From a virus (taxonomy: Duplodnaviria; Caudoviricetes): DNA of 64,000 nucleotides. Of this stretch, positions 24,901 to 38,600 are shown piece after piece (positions within the stretch are counted from its first letter, which is position 1; every line of letters begins with the position of its first letter). Both the position numbers and the translations under genes were made by a program. The notes beneath the pieces were generated by a model that was given only the letters and a program-made list of their open reading frames with translations, did no database searches and was not told the origin of the DNA. The DNA is taken from the IMG/VR virus record IMGVR_UViG_3300021400_000138, positions 96,001-160,000 of that record; one strand, written 5' to 3'.

Positions 24901-25703
24901 TCATCATAGTTCCAATCACGAATAGTTAAATCGTTATCTCCACGTATACGAAATCTCGTAAAAATAGAATCTTCATTTACAGATATATTTACACTTTTTG
25001 CAAGATTTCTAAATCCAATAAATATACCAGTATCTATATCTAACGCATTTCTGGAATGAGCATTAATTTTACAATGTAGAAAATCAAATGTGAATAAGAT
25101 GCCAAGTCTTGGCCCAACTTCTGTAGTTAAAATTGCATACAAGTTTGAATTCTCTAAAGAAATATTCGGCACTTTCAATATTTCCATAATTCTATCAAAT
25201 TCACCTATGCTCCAGAAGGACATTTTACTAAGAATAATATCCAGGAGAGATAACTCTTTATTTGCATTAACTACTGTGACATAATTTTTAGCAAATCCAA
25301 GTTCGTTAACATTATTAGATGCCAAATATTCTAATGAATCGCTTTCTCCTGTATTTACCTTAAATCCAAGCCAATCCTTATCTTCAAATTCCTTCTCTGC
25401 GGAATAAGCCGTTACTGTTTTGTACTCCTCGTTACCATCGTATTGTTGAGTAGGAGCCTATATTTGAAAATAACCTATTTCATCAATAAACAAATACATA
25501 TAGGCTTTAAGATCTTCATAACCAGCAGATACAACTTGCTAACCATCGACAACAATAAAACGATCTACGTCAAACGATAATTCTGAATAATCCTTTACTT
25601 GTTTATGCAGCTCAACTGTTTCTGTACGAACACCATTTAATGCATACAAAACTTGCCTATCTGGGGTGCATAAATAAATAATCTTTACATCTTGAATCAT
25701 CAT
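21951..25703 (-). CDS. Tal-like tail tip / baseplate hub protein (1250 aa, TAG-recoded)
   Basis: ATGA-coupled to Dit; five track fragments in one frame; position downstream of Dit and TMP. Confidence 0.75.
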
Positions 25704-26560
25704 ATCAACCAACCACCAACCTTTTTATATGGGGCATAATATGAGATTTCTAATGCAACATCTCCTTCGAGAACTAATGTATTATTCCCCGGTAATAATC
25801 TAAGCCAATAAATATCACCGACATCTCCCCATCCAAGATCTTTATATTTTACTATATCCAAATCAACCTAATGATTAATTCCTTGCATATATTCCCTAAC
25901 CATACATCTCTGACAATCAATTACAAAAGTAACAAGAGATCTACTGGTAGTTACTTGCATAAATTTATTATCATCGGTTACATTTGTTAATTTAAATGAT
26001 GATGTTGAGCTGCGAATTTTTCCCGTTACTTTAAACTCCGGATAAACATATTCCTCATACTCATTTGTTTTACAATTAATTACAAAACGCGTAGTAGAAG
26101 AGTAACCACTTGCATCTACATTGCTATAATTGTATTTCTCATATACATATGCATATGATCCATTCACTTGAAAAGTAAATGTACACAATATAAAACCGTT
26201 TACTCCAACAGTCCATTCCGTTGTTATAAACTTTCCAAAATATGAATAAGAATCCCCAGTACAATCAGTTATTTTTAATTCGGATGAAAATCGTGGTGAT
26301 GTTAGCCACGATTCAACTATAACCTGTTCCTATACAGTAAAATCAGTATCATCAGATTTCATTAAACTATATGTGAACTGTAAATGCTCTTTCTAAACTC
26401 CATATTCATTGATTATTGGCTTCGATGCCGTAATCTCTCCGCCTAGATTCGTTCTTGTAATACCTGGAACCGTATCAACAACAGTTCCGGAAACAATTAA
26501 TAATGGAACACCAATAATATTTTCTGTTGACTTATCATAATATTCAAATTTTGCCGTCAT
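25700..26560 (-). CDS. distal tail protein (Dit)-like (286 aa, TAG-recoded)
   Basis: AAAGGAGG RBS; YVYPEFKV..., WLRLLPGNNTL motif; immediately after TMP. Confidence 0.8.
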
Positions 26561-26582
26561 ATTATCCCTCCTTTCTATAATT

Positions 26583-26612
26583 TTTAAAATAGGGAGGCCG
26601 AAGCCTCCCCAT
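26583..26612 (-). terminator. hairpin after TMP stop
   Basis: GGGAGGC-TTCG-GCCTCCC then TATTTT. Confidence 0.7.
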
Positions 26613-26614
26613 AA

Positions 26615-29600
26615 TTATCTTGCTCTGCCAGATTTTCGTAAATCTTTTGCCTGCTCTGAATTCACATAATTTACAATATTATTTAAAAACTTTCTGTTCT
26701 TTGCAAGATCTGATGCAACTTGTTGAATCTTATCAAGAGTAGATTCATCTACGTTTCCATTGACTGTTATTAAGCTGCTAATGTTTACGTTATTTGTTGC
26801 AGTATTATTTGCAATATTCTTTATAACTTCTGCTTGTTCTTGGTACTTCTTAAGTAATTCACTATTTGCATTCATTATGTAATCACGTTCATCGTTACTG
26901 GAGAATAAATCCGCATTTGATTCTATTGGTTTTAATGTACCAAATGATGTTTCTAAATAACCTTTAGAGTCTTCGTATTTTTGTATCTCTGAACGGATAT
27001 TATCCATTTGCTCTTTCGCTTGTTCGATATATTTATTAAGACTATCCTATATGTTATTATTATTTTCTGTATTTTCAATCTTAGCCTATTTTATCTGATC
27101 AACTATTTCTTCAATCTGATTATTTGCATTCTCATAAGAATTAACAATTCTATCAGTGTTTGCATCTATATTTGCCGGGATTTGTCTAATTGGAACAACT
27201 AATGATTCTATTTGGTTCTCTGTTGTTTTAAATCCATTATCAACCACGGAAACAATGTCTAGAACATGTTTTTCTATTTCTCCATCTTTCATTGCCATTC
27301 CAAGATTCATAAGTCCTTTTGTAATATCGGTTGGAATAACTCCTTCGCCACCAGAAAATGGCATAAATGTTCCTCTTCCTGTTGTTATAATCTCAGGGCC
27401 TTTTTCCCAAATTTGAGCAATACCAGGAGCGGCGGAAAGAGTACCTTTTGCATATCTTCTGTATGATATACCAGAAAGACCGCCTTTTGATTTCCAATAA
27501 TCATACGAATAATTCATTTGCTTTTTGATTGAAGAGGTATCAATTTTAGACTTATTCGCATTCCAATTTGAAATTACATTTTTTTGAGTGCCGTTTGCTC
27601 CACCCTATGCTGTAAGCTTCTTTCTATTAACAACAGCGTCCGCAGCTTCTTGTGCAGTGTTGAATCCTAAAACACTTCTGAAATTCTTTAATGCCATATC
27701 AGTTATAAGGTCTAATATATTTTGAAGTGATGTACCATCTTTAGTCCACCCTTTTACATTTACTTCTTGTCTTTCACTAGATGTTTTGGAAGCAGTAGTA
27801 ATTATTCCAGATCTGCCTCCCGAACTACCTGAACCACTTGATCCGCCTGAACCAAAACCACTTCCACTAAATAAACCGCCTCCTGAACCAGGTCCACCAG
27901 TACTAACGACACGAACAGTATTCGCAGCGGAATTAATAATATTCGCGCTATTTGAAGTCGGCTTAATATAAGAAGTGGAAGCCAAATGACTTTCAGATTG
28001 TTGCTGAACAGCTACATCTTTTGCTTGAATTGCCTAGATAACCCTATCAATATTCGTGGATATTGCACTTGCTGTACGTTCTGGAATACCATTTGTTATT
28101 TCTGAAAATCCATCTTTTATTGCCGTCATTGCGTTTGCGCCGTTTTCAAGAGTTGCCTTATTTGCGGTATAATCCCTGATTGCACTTGCAACTTTCTCTG
28201 TTTCTTGTTGGACGGCTCCAGTAATTGTTCCAATTTTTTCAGCTTCTGAAGCAGAAAGATTATCATAATAATGAACCATTTTTTCCGCAGCTGCCTCAAG
28301 TTGATCTTTATTCGGAATAGCTGTGGTATTTTCATGCTGAAGACTCTCAACGCCAACTAATGCCGAATTTAATGTGGGTGAGAACGTTTTAAGCCATGTA
28401 TCGATTCCAGCATTTGTTGCGGTTAAATATTTCTCCAGTCCAGTTGACAAATCATTTATTGTTCCAACAACACTGTCTGTATTAATCTTTAAATCTTTTA
28501 TAATGTTTTCGTAATTCTCATTTAAGTCATCACTAAGTTCACTAAGACCTTCAATCCGCATATCATATACATGTTGTTTTACAGTTTCATCAAGATCATC
28601 TTGAGATTCAGAAAGTCGAGCTTCAAGACGAGCTTTCTGGGCTTTTGATTCTGCATCTGTACATTTATCTTTACATAGTTCGCTACACTATGCCGTACTT
28701 TTGTACGCTCATGCTTTCACATGAGATGAGACTATATCACCTATGCATTAAATACATAGTCTACCATTTTGAATTACCAAACGCTTGCAATCCTACGAAG
28801 CTACACTCATCGCTTCTAGTCGTTGAACTTTATCCTATTCGGATCTTAGCTGCTGGTTGCCCAATATTTATTATTTTCAAACTTTCGCACCTGTACATAT
28901 TTCATTACTATGCTGTAGTTAATAAATCTCTAAGGGTTTTCCAGACAATTAGATAAAACGCCCTACATTTAAGGCCTTCCAGTGCGCGAATCTATTGCTG
29001 TATTAACTGTATATCTTTTGTTTTCGTTTTAAGTTGCCTGTCATAATCATACATCTCTTTTTGTTTCTGAAGTGCTTCTTGCCTTGCTTTTATTAATTCT
29101 TGAATATAACTAATTTCTTGTTTATACCTAGATGTATAAATAGAAATAATCTTCATTCTATAGCTATTTGCATCTTGTAATTCTTTTCTCGTAGAATCAG
29201 TAATTTCTTCTCTCTTCTTAAGATATTCTTCTGCCGAATATGAAGAATCATTTCTCCACCTTTCTTCATTAATTCTATATTCTTCTTGATACTTATTAAG
29301 TGCCTATAATGAACGTGTATATCCACTCATTGCGGCTTCTGCTGTGGCGAGACCGAACTGTGTATATTCTCCATCATCTGTAAAATACATATCTTCCGAG
29401 AACATGCCAACCAGCTCGTCCAAACTATCACGAAGTTTATTTACCTTGGCTATATATTCTTCGATTGGCTTAAAGTATAATACTTCACGAGATTCATCTC
29501 TTAATTTGTCAATTGTAATAATAGTATCATTCATTTTGTTTTGTAATTCATAAAGTTCATTTTGTGCCGTTCTATATTCTTCAGAATCTTCTCCGAGAGA

Positions 29601-32600
29601 AACACCAATTTCCGCCAATAACTATGATTGAACCTCCATGGACTTCTTCATATTATTATATGATTGATCAATATTATCAATCTGTGCCTAATAATTTTGG
29701 GAGAGGGTAGTAGTATCAGTTATAAGATTTCCATTTGCATCCATGCTACGACCAAGTTCATCAATAGTTTCACGAACTTTTTGATATGTATCCGCAAGCT
29801 TTTCATTATTTTCATATAATGATCTGTAATAATCGCCAGCATTTGAAAATTCTTTTGGATAAAGCGTTGCCATTGATTGAGCAAGTTCTCCTATTTTTTG
29901 CTTATTATTTTCTGTTTCTTTATCTAATAAATCTGTTACAGTTTTAAGTTCGCCAGCTTTTGTTTCTAGATTTTCAATATATGCATTCCACTGGTTAATA
30001 TAACTATATACCCATCCATTTAAATTTCCAGGTAATGTAGAAGTATCAATTTTTGTTCTATTTCTAACGGCATCAATGCCAGCCTTTTGAAGAGCAGGAT
30101 TATTCTAAATATTTGTTATTGCTCCCATATATTTTCCAGCATAAGCGTCAACCTTCTTCACATAAGAATCATAACCCTTTTGTGCTTTTTCCATTTCCGC
30201 ATTTAATTTAATTATAGTTTCATTTGAAACCTTTGTTTCTTCTTTTATTTTTTCAAGTTCGGTCTCAAGATATCTATTTGCTCCAACATATGTTTCACTC
30301 GCATTATAATAATTAGAATTCTGTATAGCCTCGCTTAAATCTTTAGATAAATTTTTACTCTTTGCGCTACCAAATGTTCTACTAGAAACATTATAATTAG
30401 ATTGCGCAGAAGCAGCCGCTAACTATGCGTATATAGATTGTTGCCCACGAGTACCAATATTGTTTCCTATTTGAGTAACGGATTGATACTTCTTTGCAAT
30501 CTGATTAAGCTTTTCTTCTGCCTGTTTAACGGGAATATTTGCGAACTCTTCATTAAGATCATGAACTTTTGATCGAGCGGAAACATACTCATTTTCTACG
30601 TTGATTATTTGAGTCATTGCTTTGCGATATTCTTCTGAACCATAACTGATTCTTCCTTGCGTCATATTAACTTCAAGTTCTTCTCTTAATCTTACGGCTT
30701 CTATTCTCAACTTATCTGCTTGTTGTTTATATCTGTTCATTTCCTTAGAATAGCTTTGTGCAATCTATGTGCCGTCCTCAAGATAAGAGCCTGTTTTTAT
30801 AATATAATCACGAGTTGTTGCCAAACTATTGGCTAAAGTTGCTTGCCAATCAGAAAGAGATTTATAATAATTATCAATATTATCCATTTTATCAAATACT
30901 GATTGAACTAAAGATTGCGCATATTCCGCAGCAGATTGGTTAGCTTTTTCAAATTGCTCATTCATTTTTTCTTGGGCTTCTGTTACTGCGCTTGACAATG
31001 CATTTGCTTCAGCCAAACACTGATTATAATAAGCAATTTTATCTGCGTACATACCAAATTGAGAAGCATCAAGGAAATCTCCATTTTGTAAAGCATCAAA
31101 TACATAACTTGGGAGCATTAATCCATTAAATGAATTTTTCGCTCCATTTAATCTGCTGTTAGCCGTTCTGGATTGACTCTTTAAATCATTGTAATTAATT
31201 TTGGACTGTTGATATGCAGCATTATTCTCATTTACTTGTGAACTCAAATTAAGTAGACTCTTTTCAATTTGATAATTAATTGACTCATATGTTTTTCCGT
31301 AAGATTTGATTAATTTCTTTGCTTGACTGCCACCAAATATCCCGGACAATACTTCATTAAGTTTATTAATTCCAGATTGTCCAGTCATAGTAGATATAAA
31401 AGAATTAATACTTTGCATCGAGTTCTAGAGTTTACTAATAGCCTTTTCAAGATCTTCAAATGGAAGATTAATCATATCACTGTAAAGACTACGAAGCTGA
31501 TTTGATAAAGTCTAAATTTGATTAGAAGCATTTATAGCATTATCTGTTAATTGCATATACTGTTGGGCGGCTTCATATAAGGCTTTGCCATGATCGGTAG
31601 ATGTATCAATCTGGTCAATTCTAAAAGCTCCATTTCTAAGATCTTCCAAATTTATTTCATTAGCAAGACTAACCGAATACTCTAATTGAGTTGATTGTAC
31701 AACTTTTAATTGATGTTGAAGATCATTAACCTAATTTTGTAACCATCTGTAATAATCGTTATCTCGATCACTTCCCATAGCGTTCATAGCGTTCTGATAG
31801 TCCGCTAATGCATACTACAAGTTCTTTTCAGCGTTTTTGTCAGTGGCGTAATATTTGTGATCAAATGCCTCTTTTATTGCCTCCTGTGTATACGTTGTAG
31901 CCGCTTTTGAATTAGCCCATAATTCCTAACTAATAGCATTGATTTCACTTCCTATGAGTTGTTTCTTGGTTGCGGTATCAACATATTGTGTAATTTTGTC
32001 CGCAATTTTCTTTGTTTGATTAGAGAAGTATTGAAGTCTTCGCTATACAAGATCAATACTCTGGAACGAATATTGAATCTGATCAACTAAATCATCAAAT
32101 GCATTTCCTACATTATCGGCGGCATCTCCAACATCACGGGCTGCATCTCCAGCATCCCTTGCTGAATCATTATAATCATTAAGATCATCAACACCGTCCG
32201 CTAATTTCTGGAAGAAATCATGAGTTCCTTCAGGTAGAATATTAAAAAATCCAGAAGCAGATGCCGTTGCAAATGAACGCATTCCTTCATGCATTGTCCC
32301 GCTTGCAAATGCCGATTGACCACCTACAATTTTTCCAACTCCGTGGGCCGCACTATGCTTTATAAGATCCTCTGTTTGCTTTGCATTCAGAATAATTTCA
32401 CCACGTTTAAGGTGTTCTACGTGCATTCCGGGAGGAAGTAATTCCCATGTGCCATCCCGTGTAATTCTGCTTTCCTGGCCGATTTCATTTACGAGCGCAT
32501 CTTCGTCTTGCTTTAATGCCACATCACCTCTTGCATGAGCTGGAAGCGAGAAAGTACCAGCTGCATGATGTGCGAATTTATCAGCAAGAACCGGATTGTT

Positions 32601-35600
32601 CTACATATTTGCAGCAAATGTATCATAATTAGTTTGTATATTTGCTTGAATTTGTGCTTGAATAATATTAGATTCAATTCTCTCTTTTAATTTATTATAT
32701 GCGTCTTCTGCCTAATCGGTCTCACCTTCAACTTCAACAGTTGGATGTTCCATTTCAATTGCATCTTTAAGATTTTGAATATCAACACTTCCTTGTCCAT
32801 CTTCAGCATGAACAACAAATCCTATTTCTTCCCCATCATGTTCTTCTATACGTTCTAATAGTTCAGTAACATTATCCTCGCCCTCAAAGTATATTTTAAG
32901 ATCTCCTTCATTTTGAATCATATCAACTATTTGTTTTAATTCTTCTGTATCTTCTGAAGAAATTTGTAAGCTTCTGTCCCAATTTAATTCAACAAAACTA
33001 TCGAATAGCCCCTTTAACTAATCTATAAAATCCAAATTAGAATATTCTTCCGTATGATCTTCCTAGAAATATGGATTGCCATTATACACTTCTCTATCAT
33101 ATTGCTTCGGTTCCGGTGCATTTCTTAATTCTGATGCAACATATTCTACTGCCATATTAAACGCTTCTTTTGCAACACGCTCAGAAACACTAGCTATTAT
33201 TGTTTCTATCATAGATGGATCTGTCTGTGTCTATTCCTCTTCGTAGTAGTCATGCTCGACATAATCACCATAATAATCAATATCTTTTTCTCTGTTACGT
33301 TCATCTATCTTTTGCATTAATTCATTAATAAAACCTAATATTGTTGTGTCTTTAGAAGCTTTATCTTCTTCGGCAACTTCAACCTGTACTTTTGGTTCAC
33401 CTTTGGCAAGATTTTCTAAAAATGCCTTTGCAAGTAACGCTCCACCAACAACCAGACCGGATTGTATCGCTTCGCCTATTTCTTCTTTTGTCCAAGTTAT
33501 TGAGCTACCCTCTGCGAAAGACGGAAGAGTAGATTTGCCGCCAACAATTTTTGCATTAGTTGAAGATTTACCAGTTTGTCTTAATTGTTCCATCTAACGG
33601 CTATTTAAAATTACATCACCCTTTTTGAGATGTTCTATGTGCATACCTCCTGGAATCTCATATAATAAACCATTTCGAATTATCCCCTCATGGCCAGGAA
33701 GTTCATTTACTAAAGCATCTTCATCATGAGCTAAATGTCCATCTTTTATATTGCTCCCACGGGCATAAGCACCTAAAGTACCAACCGCATGATTTGCAAA
33801 TTTTTCTGCAACGTTTGGATGTGCCTGGGTAGCTAAATATTGATTAAATCCTTCATAATTAGCTTGGAATCTTATATTAATAGCATTGGCTTCCAAACGC
33901 TGTTTAACATCGTTATATGCTTGTTCAACCGAATCCATGGTGCCCACTATATTAGCATTTATTTCTGTATCATTTAAATATTTTTGTAAGTCTTCAATTC
34001 TTCCATCAAATATGCCCATATCATCGTGAATAACAAATCCTATTTCTTCGCCTTCGTGCTCTTTAATAAAATCAATAAGACCATTAGTATCATCTTTTCC
34101 TTCAAAATAGAATTTTATATCACCATCACCTAATTGCTATGCTTTATTAATTATATCAAGTAATGCTTCTGTATCGCTTCCGGTTACTTCAAGTGTCGCC
34201 TTTGCTGCCCCAGATTGGCTTAATCTATCCCAAAAACTCATATCTGCTTTTTTCTCTTCTATGGTCTAATAAGATTCGCCTTCTTTTTGTTTCCTTTCTT
34301 CTTCCCATTGTGCCTTTATTACTTCAAATTCTTCAGATTGACGGTGTAAATTTTCCATCCCTTTATCAAATGCTTCAGCAGCACCCATTATAATATCCGC
34401 GCCTACTTCAGCCATACCCTTATATACTACTTGTTCTATTGGAGAATAATCAGCTAATGGGTCTGGTTTTTCTGGTTCCGGTTCTGGTTCCTTACGTTCA
34501 GTGCCGAGCAAACTATCTATCACATACTGTCCTGCACTTTCTGCTATCATTTTAGGAAGAACATTGATCGCTGCATCTTTAACTCCTTCTTTAATATCGC
34601 TAATCATACCAGGAAGCGCATCTTCTAAAGTCATACCACCATATTCATTAAGGTGCGAGAGTATAGTTTCCACTAATTCATTTGTTTTATTGATTGCTCC
34701 AACCTCTTCTGAATTATCTACAGCTATTTCTGTTTTGTTGTTATTAGAATCCATAATGGCCTTAATTACTGCATCAGCAATTTTACCCCAGGTAAGATCA
34801 GAAGAACTGCTTCCCTCAGCAAATGATGGAAGAGTAGCTTTGCCACCAATAATTCTTGCATTTCCAGATGCTCTGCCAGATTGCTTTAGCTGCTCCATCT
34901 AACGAGTATTTAAAATTACATCACCTTTTTTAAGATGCTCAACATGCATTCCTCCTGGAATTTCACGAAGTTGACCGTTGCGGATTATTCCCTCATGACC
35001 TGGTAATTCGTTAACTAAAGCATCTTCATCTTTTGTAAGCTTTCCATTTTTAACATCCGTTCCTTTTGCATAAGCGTTTAATGTGCCATGGGCTTTATAA
35101 TAAACAATGCTATTTTTAAGACTATTATCATAAGCAGCTTGCGCTTGACTTGGTAATTGATGACTTGGCATTGGGCCGATAGGTTCTTCATAAATTTGCA
35201 TTTGCACTGGCTATGTCAATGGATTAAGATTCATATTATTTTGCTGTATCTGCAAAGTATTATTAAACGGATCCATATTTGCATCAACTGCTTGTAACGC
35301 TGCTGGATTAGCTTCTATCTGTTGCACTCCATCTTGTACTGTTGCATTAAGTGGATCAATATTTCCACCGACTTTTACTTTCGGGAATTTGCTAGGAACA
35401 GTTTCTTCACAAAATGTATTTAACACATCAACTGCATCCTGGTCATTTGCGCTAAGTATAAATTCTATTTCTTCACCATTATTGTCTTTAATATAATTTA
35501 TTGCTTCTTCCACAGTAGTAGCGATGCCATTAATTATAATGTCTATATTACTGTTTTGGCTAATTTCTGTAATAGCAGAAGATAATTGCTCTACATCGTC

Positions 35601-38600
35601 TCCAGAAATAGTAACATTAAATACAGAACCATCACTTGCTTTTTGTTGAATAGTATCCTGCTTATTTTCTAATGCGTTTAATCTCTCCATTCCTTCATCC
35701 GTATCAATATTAACTTCCGTTTCTTCTTCTGCATTTTCCTGCGTCTCATCAAGTGAACTATTTAATGTACTAAGATTTGCCTCTGCTTCATCTGTATTTG
35801 CTCCTTTAAAACTGCCATCTTCTGCAACGTTATTTTGTGTTTCGTCAACTGTTGTGTTCAACGAATCGAGTTGACTTCCATCGGCAGTAACAACAAATTC
35901 ATGTTTACCATTAATCAAGGCAATAGTTTTATTTGTTTTTGCTACGGCATCCGTAAATGATTCGCCTTCTTTTCCAGTAATAGTAATACTAATTACGTCA
36001 CCATTTCTATATTCATATGCCTCATCGACCACATCTTCTACGCCATCATTTGTAGCTGTAATTTTGATTTCAACGCCATTTTTGTCGGCATATTCTTGTA
36101 GATTTGTTAGCATACCGGATATGTTCTAATTGCTAATTTCTTCATTTACTTTGAAAGCAACTTCAATCTCTTTTACTTCTGACTGTTGAATATCATCAAC
36201 AACTCTCGGGTCAGATCTATAGGTTTCGAGTGCTCTACTAACCTTTTCTTCGCTCATTCCCATATTTTGTAGTTTCTCTTGTATTTTAGAAAGAGATATT
36301 TTATCAGCGGCATTGTCTATTGCTTCTTGCGTACTATTTGTAAATGCATCTTTATCTACACCAACCTTAAGACTAATATTATTAAGAGATTCAAGTAATT
36401 CATTCACTTGTTCCTGGTCAAGTTTTACAGTCATTGAATAATCACTAGAAGAAAGCTCAGAAATTTGACTCTTCAAATCTTCGAGCTTCTGTTCGTCCGC
36501 ATATACATTAAGGTCGAGATCGAATTCTTTCGCAAGTGTTTCATCATCTCCCTCGGCAATTAATTTTTGCCAAAACTCAACACGTTCACCCTGATTGCTT
36601 ACTGGCTCTAGCCTTGTTCTAATAACATATTCAGCATCAAAGTTATTCGCAGTAAGACCGAATTTATCAAACGAATCAATAATTGCTGTACCAAGTTCCA
36701 TTGCCTATTTTTTACTATATCCAAGACGATCACCAATTGCTATAATAGCAGCCTGCGCATCTTTTGCGTCTTGTGATACATCTGGAAGTAAAGAGTAATC
36801 TTTTGTCATATCAATCGTCTTAAGGAATTCCGCACTATAAGCACGAAGACTATTTAATAGTTGTTCGTCTTCTTCGTCCATATGTTCATAAACATCACTA
36901 ACTCTATGTAATACTTCGGCAAAGTCATCTGCTTTTTGAAGTGCTGATTTACCAAGACCGTCGTCTTGAATATTTGTATACATTCCTAAAAGCAATCCTT
37001 TTGTATCCCTTCCTCCAGCAAGTAATTGATTAGCATATTCTTCTAATGCTTCATAAGAAAGGACTTCGCCGTTTGGAAGAATTGGTGTAAGAGCAACGGC
37101 AGCCTATCCATCTTCACTAGGGAATGTATGACTATATAAGGTTACCAGATCATCTACATTGCTATCATCAATTTGAACAGCATATCCAGCACTCGCCATA
37201 TCTTCTAAGCTTAACTTTGGTCTATTTCTTAAGTCGAGCATTCTCTGTGCTGTAGCTTCTTCCATCTTGCCGAGTGTATCTTCATAAGAAGCCTGAACAA
37301 GAGAGAATGTACCATCTGCATTTTCAGTAATTTCCATACCGAGTCTATCAGCCATCTTTTTGGCTTCATCATAGAAGTATGTCACGATTTTTGGATCAAA
37401 CATATTTTGATTTGCATAAGCAAGAAGATCATTAATGCCAGCAATATCGGCGTTATAAGATTCTTCTGTAATTAACGGTTCATTCGCATATTGCTGCGCC
37501 ATTTCATCAAGATTTCGATACCTCTCAATTAATTTATCAATATCTTCTTGACGCTCTTGCATTGTTATATCTGAAACACCTTTAACTTCACCATCTGCTC
37601 GTTTTACAATTTTTTGTGCAAGCTCTTGAACAGTTTCTATTTGTTGGGCCGTTGCATCAACTTCATTTAATACAGAAACAACTTCAAAACCATAATCCTT
37701 TAATGCCTCAAGAAAAGTTTGTATAATTTCTTCATCTGGTGCGGCTTGTGGTCCTCCCCATAATGTTCCGAGAGCCTGACTGATTTCTTCCAGATCGGTT
37801 GTTTTGAAAGTAAATACTCCAGCATTATCTTCAGCAATTCCTAAATCAGTAAGATCTTCCATGAAATTTAATAATCCCATACCATCAGGTCTAAAATATT
37901 CTGTAAGCCACGGATAAATATCTTCAAATGCTCTAGCAGTATTGCGATCTTCTTGAGTTAACATCTCAATAGCCGTCTTAAAATCGTCCGTACCGATAAG
38001 ACCAGCATCCCTCATCTTTTCAAGATTCGCCAATTCATTCTATATGGTATCATATTTTGATCTTCCATTAGGTGTTTGCAACGCCGCTTGCCACTTCGTG
38101 AATCCTGACATAGATTCTTCGATTGCATTTTGCGCTTTAGCATATGCCTGTACCTCAAGACCAATTGCTTTTATTTCGGAACGAATATTTTGCAGATTCT
38201 GTTTAGCTGCATTACGTTTCGTCGTACCATCAATATCTACCTGTTTAGATAATGTTTTATATATGTTCTGTTGTGTTCTTAATTGAGCATTAAGTTTAGA
38301 CATCTGGGCAAGAATCCCCGTAGAAGATATCTTTCTTTGAAGATTAATATATCTTTCAAGTTCGCGGAAGTTTACCTTGATTCCTTGAGCAGATCTATAG
38401 AACATGCTAGAAAGATCAATATTAGAAGATATTTCTTTTAATTCACTAAAAGAGGAGATTAGAGCATCCATTGAATCTTGATCAATACTATCTGTCAATG
38501 ATTGATTAATTACAGCGTTTACACCCTCAAGAAGGCCCTCTGCCTGAAGTGAATAATGATGTGCTATTGATTTATCATAATCCTCAACCGTAGCAGATAA

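Noticed and set aside
28645-28956. Plus-strand 103-aa ORF, and likewise 42198-42431
   Set aside because: Antisense to group I introns A and C; no RBS or protein-like features.
15900-35600. Repeats as a CRISPR array or DGR template/variable pair
   Set aside because: They are long in-frame protein-coding repeats with synonymous divergence; no spacers, A-specific mismatch pattern or reverse transcriptase seen.
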